Shown one piece after another: positions 12,747-24,770 of a stretch of 64,000 bases of DNA. The position numbers were made by a program, and so were the translations under genes. Within the stretch, counting starts at the first letter, position 1; each line of letters opens with the position of its first letter. Under the pieces are notes generated by a model, which ran no database searches, was not told the DNA's origin, and saw only the letters and a list, made by a program, of their open reading frames with translations. Origin of the DNA: Marsupella aquatica (taxonomy: Eukaryota; Plantae; Marchantiophyta); NCBI GenBank assembly GCA_973895155.1, contig OZ316899.1:248001-312000 (forward strand), in the 5' to 3' direction.

Positions 12747-15222
12747 AGTTGCTAATTTGAATTTTGCACGAGGACGATCCACACTCTAAACTATTAATTA
12801 CTGACAAACGGTTGTCCAACAACGACAAATCCGTCGGGAGCATCCATCACATGTCATTACACCACATACTGCTCTTCATCTTGCATGAGCTTCCAGTTTC
12901 CGTCATGTTTGAGTAATTTGGTGCCCCAAGCCCTTTGGTGGCCTACGCTATGAATGGTACGTTTTATTATTGGTTTGCTTTAGGGTTCAATCTCGGGTTC
13001 AATCAGGATTTAGGGTCTTGTACTCTAAAACCCTAAATGATATTAATTTGTCTTGTGAAATTATTGCTCCCGACTTACCAAAAACTTACAGTCGCAATGG
13101 CAACGTCTAATAGTTGCATATCATTGGTGTGATACCGAGCAATTGAGGGGAATTTGCTTGTCTAGCTGCTATTATTGGCTCCCTATATATGGTTCAAGTA
13201 CCTGCGGGAATTGACCAATCTATGAGTTTTATTATGACGCACACGTTACCTGCGTTCCATGTGTACTCCAAGATTCTATGTACTACCTCTTGGGGATGTT
13301 AAACCGTAAACTTGTCGATGTCCCTCGCGCGCCTGAATGAATTAACTCCCTCGGCTTCATCTTCAATGAATGTACATCCAAGACATTCAGAGTCTCCTTT
13401 AATCCTTCAATTCTATTAGGGATGGAGGGGGGGGGAGGAACTTAAAGGTGGAGCACAGGCAGCAACCAACCGAAGGTTGCCTGGACACTTTGTCCAAACA
13501 AGATTTCTCCCTTCATGCATGAATGTCGTATTTGGCTATGAGGACGCGATTCTACTACTCTATGATACTGTAACTCACCTTTTTCGAGGGCACACCTTCT
13601 GCGCCCAGGTTACGCTATAAGCATTTTTATGACAAAATGCAGACAGTCAGTGAGCTCCCAAATCTCACACACACAACCCAGTCGTTAGGCTCTTCGGAAA
13701 CGCAAAGGTTTACCAGCAATATATCGGTGGAAAATATAAAATACCAGAATCTCGGGACGAACAGCTTCCCAATCTGTGCATGCATAGTCGTTGGCATTCT
13801 TGTCCTAGCTAGTGTCACCATCACCGTCACCGAATAAACTGTCCGAACAGGATGTCTCCGAACACGACCCTCGTTAGCTATTCAACAAGGATCGATTATG
13901 AAAGAGGGAAAAAAATATCTAACCCATTACGATGAATTTATTGGTAATCCCGACTTTGACAGATGTACCTACTCCTTACCTCTCCAAGCATTTTAATAAA
14001 CTTTTTTTTAAGTGTGGTCAGCTGTCTCTACTATTGTACGCTCGCCTGCCTCAATCAATGGGAGACCAAATTGCGCTGCAAAAGCTGCATTGAAGCCAAC
14101 TTTATGTTCCTCGCGTTAATTCTGAATGCATGCAGCTGCGCGCGCCCACCTGCGGCGTCTCCATGCGTTTTGCTCAAGAAGGCATCTCTCGTTTGTTTAA
14201 TTTCACCCGGGGTTTCTTCAGCACCGAGAACATCTCCTTCCCAGTATTCCTCAAAAGTCCCCGCTTCTCATTCTCGTTTGATCTGAATTTCATCATGAAT
14301 GGTGTCGCGGGTGGGGGGGTTGGGGTGGGGGGGCGGGGGGGGGGCAGACCTAGAGCTGCACCTTGGTTAACGCTGGCACACTTTCCCATCTGAGCATCGG
14401 ATTCTCTTTGGAAACTTCTGCCAAGATTAGCAAACTGTAAAGCCTGAACCTAATTCATCTCTCCCCCATCCATGCCTACATCCGCTTCGATGGCCCTTCC
14501 TCATTTGTCCACTGTTTGTACCAATGTGCTCGCGTAAATAACAGTAGCATTTCATGTGGCGATGTGATAACATGGTTAAGAAGAAAGGAATAAAGAAAGT
14601 GGAAAAATTAAATTTTTTTTGCCTTTGAAGCGGGAAAGAAGAACCTTAAATGCTAAGAAAACCATTATTGAAAGTCTAACAACCATTCAAGAGATTAAGA
14701 GAAGGAAAAGAGGCTCAACCGGAAGAAAGTATTTCTTGGTAAAAAGAAGGAAACCGGACCACGAACCGGAAGCCATAAAATCGTCTCCGAACGCTATCAA
14801 GAACATCTGACACCAGGTTCTTGAAGCCGAGGCTACGCTCTTCGTCCTGGGGAAAACCCATAAGCATTGGACTCCTGACAGTGAGCCGGAATCCCTCTTA
14901 AGGCCGAACCGGTTCTTCTCTTCTCACACCTCTCAAAGCTGAACATAGTAAGTTTTGAGCTCCCGAGTGAATAGGCTTGTCGAAGTAGTAGAGAAAGGAG
15001 GCTCTTCCCTTCCGGTTGAGGATCTTGGGTCCGGATTATAGGACCATTCTAGTTTCTGTGAGAGAAAGGTATAAGAGAGCCTTGACCGACTCGTGTGAGG
15101 TGGCAGCCTACTCCTACGCTTGGAGGGAAGGCTGGGGATGTGGAGATTGGCGCTAAGGCCCCCTGTTTTGATAGTTGTCTACTTCCGGGGCTTGAGCCGG
15201 TTTCTGAACCGGAACTGAACCG

Positions 15223-15798
15223 GTGGCAAACCGGTTTCTGATATATCTCGCTTGTTGGACGTTCGTTTTCGCTGAAAGTGTGCTGAGATGGAGAAGGTTG
15301 GATGATGTACGCGACGGAGTAATTATAGAGGCTATATTCACTTCTAGCTCCTACCTTCTGCCTTCACCGGTTAAAATCTGTTTGCTACTCCAACTATTCA
15401 GGCAGTACTTCATTGATGTTCCCAATCCCCTTCTCATGCCCTTAGTCATCCAGATTGCATATGACTATGGTGACAAGGTGGAAGAATGCCTCTCTGCCCT
15501 CAAGCTTATCCTTGCTGAACTGAAGAAATTCTATGACCTTTCTGATGAGGAGCAGACTCAATTTGCAGAGAAAGTCACTGTTCCATCTCCACAGGTGACA
15601 CCAGCAGAAGGATGGGCTGACTCTCCTGACCCTGATATCACTTCTACCACAGTTACACCCAATTTTCCACCCATTCCGACCTCACCATTTACTACTACCT
15701 TTGGAGGTGTCACTTTCATGCCGAACCCTCTCAACTCCATTGATCCAGTAGTAGACTCCACATCGGTGAAGCCTGACACTTCAACTCCCGAAGAGTAA
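15223..15798 (+). CDS. ORF embedded in 5' LTR (191 codons open; 120 aa from first ATG at 15436), unknown function
   Basis: Helical-looking segment followed by a Pro/Ser/Thr-rich tail. Open in both LTR copies. Shares a motif with the ORF at 815-1114 (-). Confidence 0.5.
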   Translation: MANRFLIYLACWTFVFAESVLRWRRLDDVRDGVIIEAIFTSSSYLLPSPVKICLLLQLFRQYFIDVPNPLLMPLVIQIAYDYGDKVEECLSALKLILAELKKFYDLSDEEQTQFAEKVTVPSPQVTPAEGWADSPDPDITSTTVTPNFPPIPTSPFTTTFGGVTFMPNPLNSIDPVVDSTSVKPDTSTPEE

Positions 15799-15880
15799 AA
15801 AGTTATTCCATCCGGAAGTTGAACCGGCTTCCCATCCGGTTTCCCACCCAGTTTTTGATCCGGTTTCGTGTTTGAAGCCC

Positions 15881-15887
15881 TATAAAA
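15881..15887 (+). promoter_or_regulatory. Candidate LTR TATA box (second copy at 33666-33672)
   Basis: CCCTATAAAA lies just downstream of the LTR-internal ORF and is followed by T-rich R/U5-like sequence. Position-based inference only. Confidence 0.45.
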
Positions 15888-16900
15888 CTTAGTATAGGAA
15901 GAATTAGACTTTGAATTTTTGCTGAGAGCTTTATCTCATAGTCTAGTTTCAGACCTTAGCATTACTTTTTACTTTTACACTCAAGTTAGGAATTGAAGGG
16001 GCATACCTCTTCAACTTTTGTTTAGAGGAGACTTGTCCCTAAGTATAAGAGGGAAAGTTTCCACCATTTTACTCAGACTTACATTTCACTTTTGAAAGTC
16101 TCCTTCTTTGAAGAGAAGTAATAGATTCATAATTTTGGTGATCTATGCTTTGTGTTTGGACATTAGTGTGTGACCATTCTTGCTAGAAAATCTATGGAAA
16201 GTGATTAGCAATGTCATAGTTAACCTTTAGTCTGACTGGAAATGCATGCCTGAGACCATGCAAAGGTCTAAAGATTCATGTTGACTATGGAATACTTATG
16301 GCTTATTAAGTATTAGTGGAAGAAGCACCATACGAGAACTCACAAATTGCATAGTCCTAAAAGAGCAATCTGAAGGATTGAATAGAAGAATAAGTTAGTT
16401 CGGAGTGATGAGTACCACCTTTGCCTTGACATAGGTCAGAAAGTTAATACAGGCTATCTTATATACATCTTTTACAAATTCTTAGATGTTTGGTTTTAAG
16501 GATTAGCTTTAGGCATCAGCCTAATTTAGTCAGACTCTCTGTTGACTCTTAATCGTGCCTAACTTAGTCATAGATTGCTAAGTGGCGAGAGGAGATGAGA
16601 CATTTAAGGCTCGCCTAATCCTCTCTTTACGCCTCCGGCTTTTGGTTGTTTTATTATAGTTTTAGAATTAATTATTGCACTGTTGATGATGCAAACATCA
16701 CAATACCTGAGGATGTATTAAAAACTCCTTCCACCTGACCTAAGCATGTCGGTAAAGGCTTAAAATCTGAGATAGGTTAGCTTAACTATCTCAAAGTATA
16801 TTAATACAATCTTTTAGGTCTCACAAGCTCTTAATGGGAACGAATTCTGGTTGTTTAAGAGGAAAGTAGTTCATATTTCCTTAAACCCTACTCTACATTT

Positions 16901-16918
16901 TGGCGCCGCTGCCGGGGA
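16901..16918 (+). promoter_or_regulatory. Primer binding site, tRNA-Asp type
   Basis: TGGCGCCGCTGCCGGGGA begins after a 3-nt spacer following the 5' LTR. It is one mismatch from the Athila-type TGGCGCCGTTGCCGGGGA. Confidence 0.88.
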
Positions 16919-17995
16919 GCAACCTGAGACCGAGAGATTGGAGAAGAAAAGGACGTTAATGCCAGACAAAGGAGAATGGATTTGACGGGGGAGAGAAGCC
17001 ACCCCCAAGGATGTTCTTGTGGGGAAGTTATCTCCCTAACTTAAGACTTCTTTAATACTAGGAAGAGAGGCAAAGGGTGCCAAGGAGAGAGAATTTATTC
17101 TGATTGGAGGAAATGGGATCCACAACTCTTCACTTTTCAAGCTTACCCATAAGATTTATGAAACATTTATGGGAGAAGAATCCTAGGAGTTGTGAATCAA
17201 CATTTTGAAGATTGAGAAGATTGCAAAATTGCTGATCATGGAGATGCCTACCTTTGGGCAAGACTTCTCATTCCAGACTATAACATTTTCATTGGACAAT
17301 GCTCCGGGATTGATATTACCAATCATTGAAGAAAATTTGGGAGAGGGGACGGTCATTGGCGAAACATTGTCAAGAGGCAGAATTAGAAGAATAATGAGAA
17401 TGAGGGATTATAGACTCCAGAAGGAATCAAGGAAGAATGGAGCATGAAATAAGAGACAATTGAGTCTAAAGGATTGGTGTTTCACCAATGGTAAGGCGGC
17501 ACAGACCAGGAAAGAGAGAACGAGCCCAAATCAGGTCTAGGGAAAATCAGATCTACACTATTAAGTGTAATTGCGCACAAGGTCGCTCCACAATACTGAA
17601 GAGAAGACAAGAGGATGGTTTGGGAGAAAGCTATTATTGGGGTAAAGATTTAGTCCCTCTCAAATCCTGGACCACTAATGTTCTATTTGATAAGATCTTT
17701 GTCTTCAAGCGAGCTATTGATGGGCTCCTAGAATTGGTAACGGCCACAGCAGACCACGAATTTGACCAAATTATCATTCCGGAATTTATAATTGCTAACC
17801 AATTGGAGGAAGAAACTTTAGAGGCAGATGCACAAGGAGAATTGATATCAGCATTGGGACACTTAAGTGAAAATCCAAATTGGGGGATTGAACTTGAACA
17901 TGTATTGAAGTATTATTATGAGAATTCAAATCATCTGCGAGGAAAGGAGAAGTCGGTGATGACCTTGGCTCGATGTCGTTTAATAGATCAATTAA

Positions 17996-18339
17996 TGTTG
18001 AGCATAGATGACATTCGTAACGGCAAGCCCATGAACCATCCAACGCACAAGAGTCGACACAGAGAGATACGTGGTTCACCTCCACATGAGGCTACGTCCA
18101 CGGGAACATACAAGAGCTTTACTGCACTCTAGGCCGACCGGCCATACCAAGCATCCACAGCACAAGCTCTTCCTATCTCTCAACTAGCTCCATAACAATG
18201 AGCCTTTGTTCCACCAGGGTCTGGCATCAGCCCTAGCTATATGCACAACAACACTACCGCTAACCTTAGCTAGGTCCTAACCCGAGTTAGCCTAACTGTG
18301 GTTAGCACAAGAGTCACAAGACTAGAGCAATATCTAACA
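17996..18339 (-). repeat. Copia 3' LTR (344 bp)
   Basis: Match to 24427-24770. Adjacent to the PPT. Confidence 0.95.
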
Positions 18340-18341
18340 AA

Positions 18342-18350
18342 CTCCCCCTT
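18342..18350 (-). promoter_or_regulatory. Copia polypurine tract
   Basis: AAGGGGGAG on the minus strand, 2 nt before the 3' LTR. Confidence 0.88.
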
Positions 18351-18546
18351 GACTCTTGTCTTGGGGACTGGACTAAATGCTACCATATGGAATCCTCAGC
18401 GGGAAGTTCTAGACAATCACCAAACCAGGTCTCCCCCTAAAAACCACAAGGGTTAACTAAGGGTTAACTAGAACTAAGCCGTAGCCTAACAGGAATGAGT
18501 AATCCATATACAAATAGTCACACATTGCTAAATAACTCTACTTGCA

Positions 18547-21500
18547 CTACAACTGCAAAACCTGCAAAGTAGCACGGTGTCTTGAGAAACTCTCCAAAGG
18601 AATCACTTTGGTAAAGGCATCAGCGGGATTGAGCTTTCCATCAATCTTGACTAGCTCAAAAGTTTTATCAGACACTGCTTGCCTGATAAAATGGTACCTG
18701 ATATCAATGTGCTTCACCCTGCTATCCATCACTTGGTTAGCAGCCAAGTGAAGAGCACTCTGACTATCACAGTTTAGAGTCATTTTTCCATGCTCTAAAC
18801 CCATCTCCGCGATCAACTTATCCAACCAAATTGCTTCCTTTGCTGCTTCTGCTGCTGCAACATACTCTGCTTCTGTAGTAGACTGAGATATGCACTTCTG
18901 CAAGGTAGACTTCCAACTAATACATCCTCCTCCAAGAGTGTAAACAAACCCAGTTGTAGACCTCCTTGTATCCAGACAGCCTCCATAGTCAGAATCTACA
19001 TAGCCAACCAACGTTCTATCTGATCTGTTATCAAATAATAATCCATAGTCCTGTGTTCCCTTCACATACCTGAGAATCCATTTCACAGCTTCCCAGTGTA
19101 CCTTCCCTGGATTTGACATGAATCTGCTAACCTTGCCCATCGCTAGGGCCAAGTCAGGCCTAGTACAAGTCATCAAATACATCAGACTGCCTACTGCCTT
19201 CTCATAAGGAATCTTAGCCATCAGACCTTTCTCCACAGCATCCGTAGGAGAGAAAGCCGATGATAACTTGAAATGTGAAGCTAAAGGAATACTCACTGGC
19301 TTACAGTTCTCCATGTTGAATCGTGCAAGTACTTTCCTCGCATACTGGCCTTGACTCAAGCACAACTGTCCAGTATCAGAGTTTCTAAAAATCTCCATCC
19401 CTAAGATCCTCTTGGCCTTACCAAGATCCTTCATCCTGAATTCAGCACTCAATTTCGCCTTAAGACTGTCAACCTCAGATTGATTTTTAGTCACAATCAG
19501 CATGTCATCCACATAGATCACCAGAATGATGAAACCGAATACATCATTCTTGACTGATTTCGTATACACACAAGGATCATACACCATCCTTGTAAAACCT
19601 TGAGCAAGGATGAAATCATCAAACCGCTTGTTCCATTGTCTGGGAGACTACTTCAATCCATACAAGGACTTGAGCAATCTGCAAACTAAGTTCTCTTGGC
19701 CATTCTTCATAAAGCCTAGTGGTTGTCTCATGAAGATCATCTCTTCCAAGTTGCCATAGAGAAAAGCAGTAAAAACATCCATCTGATCCATCACCAGACC
19801 AAAAAACACAACAAGCTGACACAAGATCTGAATTGTGGAATACTTAGCCACCGGTGAAAAGACCTCATTGTAGTCCACTCCTTTCTCCTGAGTGAACCCC
19901 TTGGCAACAAGCCTTGCCTTGTAGATCTTATCTCCACCCTCTGAAGGACTATCCTTCAACTTGTAAATCCACTTACTGTCCACCACTTGCTGACCTCTTG
20001 GAAGCTCCACCAGCTCCCATGTCATGTTGTCACTCAAAGATTGCAACTCCCTCTGCATTGCTGCATTCCACTCATGCTTCTGCTCTGAAGCACAAGCCTC
20101 ACTGTACGAAGAAGGCTCTCCTTCTTCCAAGATCAAAGCCATGTCATCTTCATCAGGTGCAATGTCAATATCATCTAGCTTAGATGAGTCTGCCCATTGA
20201 TCATACCTGGTAGGAGCTCTAGTAGAACGACTGGAAGTTCTTCTAGTAGATGACTCAGGCTGATCTGCTGCTGCTGCTGGATGAATTTGAGGTACCACAG
20301 CAACAATCTGCTCCTCTTGTTCCATCACAGGAACCAGCTCCAAGCCCGGAGCTTCTCCATCTCTCTTGTCATGAACAGCATCATGACTAATCTCCCCCTC
20401 AACCCGGTCCGGGATGGGAGATTTCCCCTTGTCAGTATGGGAGTCCTGAGAACTCTCCCCCTCCTTTGATGATCTGGATTCATTAAAGGACACATCTCTA
20501 CTGACAATTAGTTTACAGGTTACTGGATCCCATAACCTATAACCCTTAACACCTTTCTGATAGCCAAGGAAAATGCACTACTTCGACTTGGACTCTAGCT
20601 TGGATCGAAGCTGGGAAGGTGTAAGCACATAAGCATCACATCCAAAAATCCTCAGATGTGAGTAATCTGCTGGACGCCCGTACCTCATTTCAAATGGCGT
20701 CTTGAATCCAATAGAACTGGATGGAGAAAAATTTACCAAATAAGCTGCAGTGTTGACAGCTTCAGCCCAAAACTCATGTGGTAAGCATGATTGACTCAAC
20801 ATACTCCTCGAGCGGTCCAATAGTGTTCGGTTGAGTCTCTCAGAAACACCATTCTACTGAGGAGTATAACTTGTTGTGAGATGGCGGGTGATCCCCTGCT
20901 CCTTACAATACGTTCCAAATTCACCGGAACTGTATTCACCGCCGTTATCCGATCGAAGATATCTCACCTTATTACCAGTCTGATTCTCAACTTGGGCTTT
21001 CCACTCCTTAAAAGTGGCAAAAACATCAGACTTATTGTGTAGAAAGTATATCCACACATACCTTGAGTAATCGTCTATGAATGTGACATAGTATAACCGT
21101 CCAGAATGTGAGGGAGTAGGGGCTGGACCCCACACATCACTATGTACATACTCAAGTACCTCCTTGCTGGTGTGAGTTCCAACTCCGAAGGGTTTCCTGT
21201 GCTGCTTCCCTAGCACACAGTGCTCACAAAATTCCAACTTACAAGATTGCAAATTAGAAAGTAATCCTTTCTTCTGAAGAATAACCAAACCTTTTTCACT
21301 CATGTGGCCCAAACGGAAGTGCCACAGCCGGGCCGTCTCCTCATGAGATAAGGTTACATTGGCTTCATCACAAACTACACTGCCCTCCAAAACGTATAGA
21401 TTGCAATGTCTCTTTCCCTTCAATACAACTTTAGTACTAGTTGAAACCTGAAGGACACCATTAGCAAAGCTCCACTGATGGCCATTTGCTTCTAAAACTC

Positions 21501-22821
21501 CAAGTGAAATGAGATTTTTCATCATGCTGGGAATATGTCTCACATTCCTCAATGTTCTCACAACACCATCAAACATCTGAAATCTTACAGATCCAAGTCC
21601 AACAACTTGACATGGGATTCCATTTCCCATCAACATTGACCCGTTGGAAACCGTGTAAGAACTGAAACAATCTCTCCTAGAGCAAATGTGAAAAGTACAT
21701 GCACTGTCTAGAATCCAATCATCACTACCTGGATTTGACACTACGTTGAGAGCATAACCTTGACATCACAATATGTCATCATCATCGAGTAAATCTACCT
21801 CATGCGAGCTCGATGCCGCATTAGCAGAGGCAGTAGGGACCTTTACTCGACAATCCCTTTTCATGTGGCCAGGCTTGCCACAATTCCAACATGCAAGAGG
21901 CTTCCTCTCTTGCGATTTCCCTCTGGTTTTAGATCTCCCCCGTGATGTAGATCTAAACTTGTTCTGCCCATTCGTGCGCTGCGCTGCTCTTCCCCTGTTC
22001 ACATTCAGCGCAGTGCCAGAAGAAGATGTTGTCTGTGATAGACCCAACTTCTTCTGAGCATCATCAGACAGTAATGAGTTCACCACCTCATTATACGAAA
22101 TGGACTTCAAATCTCTATACAAGAGCACCTGTTTCAAGCCCTGATAAGACGGCGGTAAGGAGCTTAGCAGAAGCAAGGCCTTATCCTCATCTTCAACTCC
22201 TTTTCCCAGGTTTGATAGATCCACCGCTAGACTGTCAAATTCATCCAGGTGATCCTGCATCTTGCTCCCTTCCTTGAGCCTAAGGCTCATCAAGAGAGAC
22301 TTCTTGTACAGCCGGTCTGACGCATCTTCCCGGTAGTACTTCTCTCTTAGAGCCTTGAACAGTGACGTGCAATCCGCATAATCATCCAGCTGCTTGATGA
22401 TGTGCAACTTGAGATATAGCATCATTGCATTGACAGCAATCACCTGCTCCTGTCTCCACTGTCTCAAAGAAATCTCCTCCTCTCCATCATACTGTTCTCG
22501 CGAAGAGAGCAGATGAGCTAAGCCCATGGCCCGTAGAACACCCTTCACTTGCTTCTCCCATAGCAAGTAGTCAGTACGACCATCGTACTTCTCCACCTCA
22601 AACTTTACTCCTCCGAATCTAGCCATCTCCCTCTTCTTCCCTACTACCGACAGCTCTGGTAGTAACACAGCTTCCTCCACTGCACGCCGCACCGGTGATC
22701 GTACCGGTGTCACTAGTTCTTCCTCAAACGGTAGCATCTCCTCCTCAGACTCTCCGTCTGACCGTCGTGATCCTGAAGCTCCACCGACGCCAATTCTTCT
22801 AGTATCCTCCGAGTCACTCAT
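18547..22821 (-). pseudogene. Copia gag-pol polyprotein, single frame with four internal stops
   Basis: Gag (KFEVEKYDGRTDY..., CWNCGKPGHMKRDC), protease (WILDSAC), GAG-pre-integrase (LWHFRLGHMSEKGL), integrase (HSDVWGP, RSDNGGEY), RT (KARLVAKGFTQ, IYVDDML), RNase H (GYVDSDYGG, STTEAEY, KHIDIRYHF). Stops at 21766, 20854, 20578 and 19648. Confidence 0.96.
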
Positions 22822-24412
22822 ATGAAACAATCACGAAAAAACATCTTTTTTTGAAACTTCTCATAAAACTCAAAACTCAACACTGCCGCGTAGCCCACGA
22901 AGCTAGGAGTCCAATACTGAAAGCCAAAATCAAAATCAAAATTCTACGGAAAAGTTATTCAAATTTCGGTCGGGGTGGGTAAAACCTTGGGAAACTCCCC
23001 CGTTTTGACCACCTCGGAGAATAACCAAAATACCCAGTACAACCCGTCGTCGGAATCGCAATGTGATCGGTGCGCCGCGTTGCTAACTCCAGTGGCAACG
23101 TCCTCACCGAAAAAGAACCAAAAAAGTTACCGTTCGGCGGACAGAATCTTTGTCGGACGGCCGAAAAACAGCTCTCTGTTTTTCGGGAATATTCCCGCAC
23201 AGTACAGCAGGTCTCACAGGGGGCAGTTCCCCCTGTCCAAGCGGTTAAAACGGAGGGCGGCAGGTCCCGGCACATGGGACAAACTAATGAGAGGGAAAAA
23301 AGGCTAAAAATGGGCACTAAAGGGGGTGCTTAAGCCCCTTAAAGCCTAAAATACCCCGTAAAGGGCCGGGGGTACGAAGGGCGTATGGCCGGCGTCGGGG
23401 TGGGATGAGGGTACAGCCGTGTACAAGCGGCGTAGAGCTGCAAAGGGCTGGGCATACGATGACAGGGCGGTGCCGCGGTAGCGACCGACACAGTATGGCG
23501 GAGGGCGTACGAGCACGCAAAAAGCTCCGACCGGTGTTGCGCAGCTCATCGCCGCGGCTGAAGGATGAGGGGAAAACAAGGTGCGGGGGGGGTCGGGCGT
23601 ACAAGGGGAAACGATGGGGGACCATGGGCCGGGAGGGTGTGTATACACACCAAAAGTGGCCCTAACCTAAGCCAAGATTTGACTTTAAAACAAAAAAGCC
23701 GTTTACACACCTTGAACGCCGTTGTTTTAAGTGAGGAAAGTGAACGCCACCGACGGGAAATGTTGCCGAATTGCACCGGCACAGTCTACTGCTCCAGCAG
23801 AATAAAAAAAAATTCCGTCGCGTCGCCTTCACTCCGCATCAAGTGCCAATCCTGGGCTCAAAACGACCGCCTCACCGCGATCAAACCGTTGAGCCGTAGC
23901 ACTTCGCGTTTCTTCCACCGAGTCGGACGTCACAAAGAGAAACCCGGTTCAGATGAGAACAAGCTCCATAGCTTGTGAAAAAACTTGAACGCCTCCGTCA
24001 CTCGTCACGTCGCACTCGGTAACAACTTGGCAACAATCCAGCTACCAAAACGATCAGCTTTGCCCGATCTACGATTTGAGCTAAAGGTTGTGACGCCTCG
24101 CGCACCACAAAGATCACACCGTCGAGAAAACGATCTCAGTTTCCCCCCCAAAAGAACCGTCGAAGAAAACCATCGTACACGAATCACAAAAAATCCAGAA
24201 CGATGGAAATGTGAATTCCTCCGCACCACGAACTCTGTTCAGAGATTTCTTTGCACCGTCGGAAAGCCCTTGCCCCGATCTATTCGTTGAGCCCAACACC
24301 TCCAAGTTCCATGCGACAGAACTCCGTGAAATCCACCGACTCTAACCGCTGGAAAAACCGTCACCAACACGTCACGAAAATTTTGATCACCTCAACGTCA
24401 CCTCCCAGGCTT

Positions 24413-24424
24413 GCTCTGATACCA
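24413..24424 (-). promoter_or_regulatory. Copia PBS, initiator tRNA-Met
   Basis: TGGTATCAGAGC on the minus strand, after a 2-nt spacer following the 5' LTR. Confidence 0.93.
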
Positions 24425-24426
24425 CT

Positions 24427-24770
24427 TGTTGAGCATAGACGACATTCGTAACGGCAAGCCCATGAACCATCCAACGCACAAGAGTCGACACAGAGAGATA
24501 CGTGGTTCACCTCCACATGAGGCTACGTCCACGGGAACATACAAGAGCTTTACTGCACTCTAGGCCGACCGGCCATACCAAGCATCCACAGCACAAGCTC
24601 TTCCTATCTCTCAACTAGCTCCATAACAATGAGCCTTTGTTCCACCAGGGTCTGGCATCAGCCCTGGCTATATGCACAACAGCACTACCGCTAACCTTAG
24701 CTAGGTCCTAACCCGAGTTAGCCTAACTGTGGTTAGCACAAGAGTCACAAGACTAGAGCAATATCTAACA
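24427..24770 (-). repeat. Copia 5' LTR (344 bp)
   Basis: Three substitutions seen versus 17996-18339. Adjacent to the PBS. Confidence 0.95.

Larger units (their letters stand above)
14563..16897 (+). repeat. 5' LTR of gypsy element (2335 bp)
   Basis: Starts TGTGATAAC and ends CTCTACA. Co-linear with 32348-34682 at offset 17785, with about a dozen substitutions seen by eye, mostly transitions, and no length difference. Confidence 0.97.
17996..24770 (-). mobile_element. Full-length Ty1/copia LTR retrotransposon (Tnt1/Tork-like) nested in the gypsy element
   Basis: 344-bp TG...CA LTRs at 17996-18339 and 24427-24770. TSD ATTAA at 17991-17995 and 24771-24775. iMet PBS and PPT present. Order is gag-PR-INT-RT-RH. 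Confidence 0.97.

Noticed and set aside
14619-14810. 63-aa basic ORF at the LTR start (copy at 32404-32595)
   Set aside because: TTG start, short, and in A-rich sequence; there is no independent support.
16901-16918. tRNA gene
   Set aside because: Only the 18-nt complement of a tRNA 3' end (the PBS) is present, with no cloverleaf.
21742-21790. TGA between copia gag and pol as programmed readthrough (SIRE-type)
   Set aside because: The 3' context is TGA TGT CAA rather than CARYYA, the element is Tnt1-like, and three other stops show general decay.
22955-24451. Many overlapping ORFs in the copia leader
   Set aside because: These are expected in GC-rich sequence on both strands, and no domain is recognisable.
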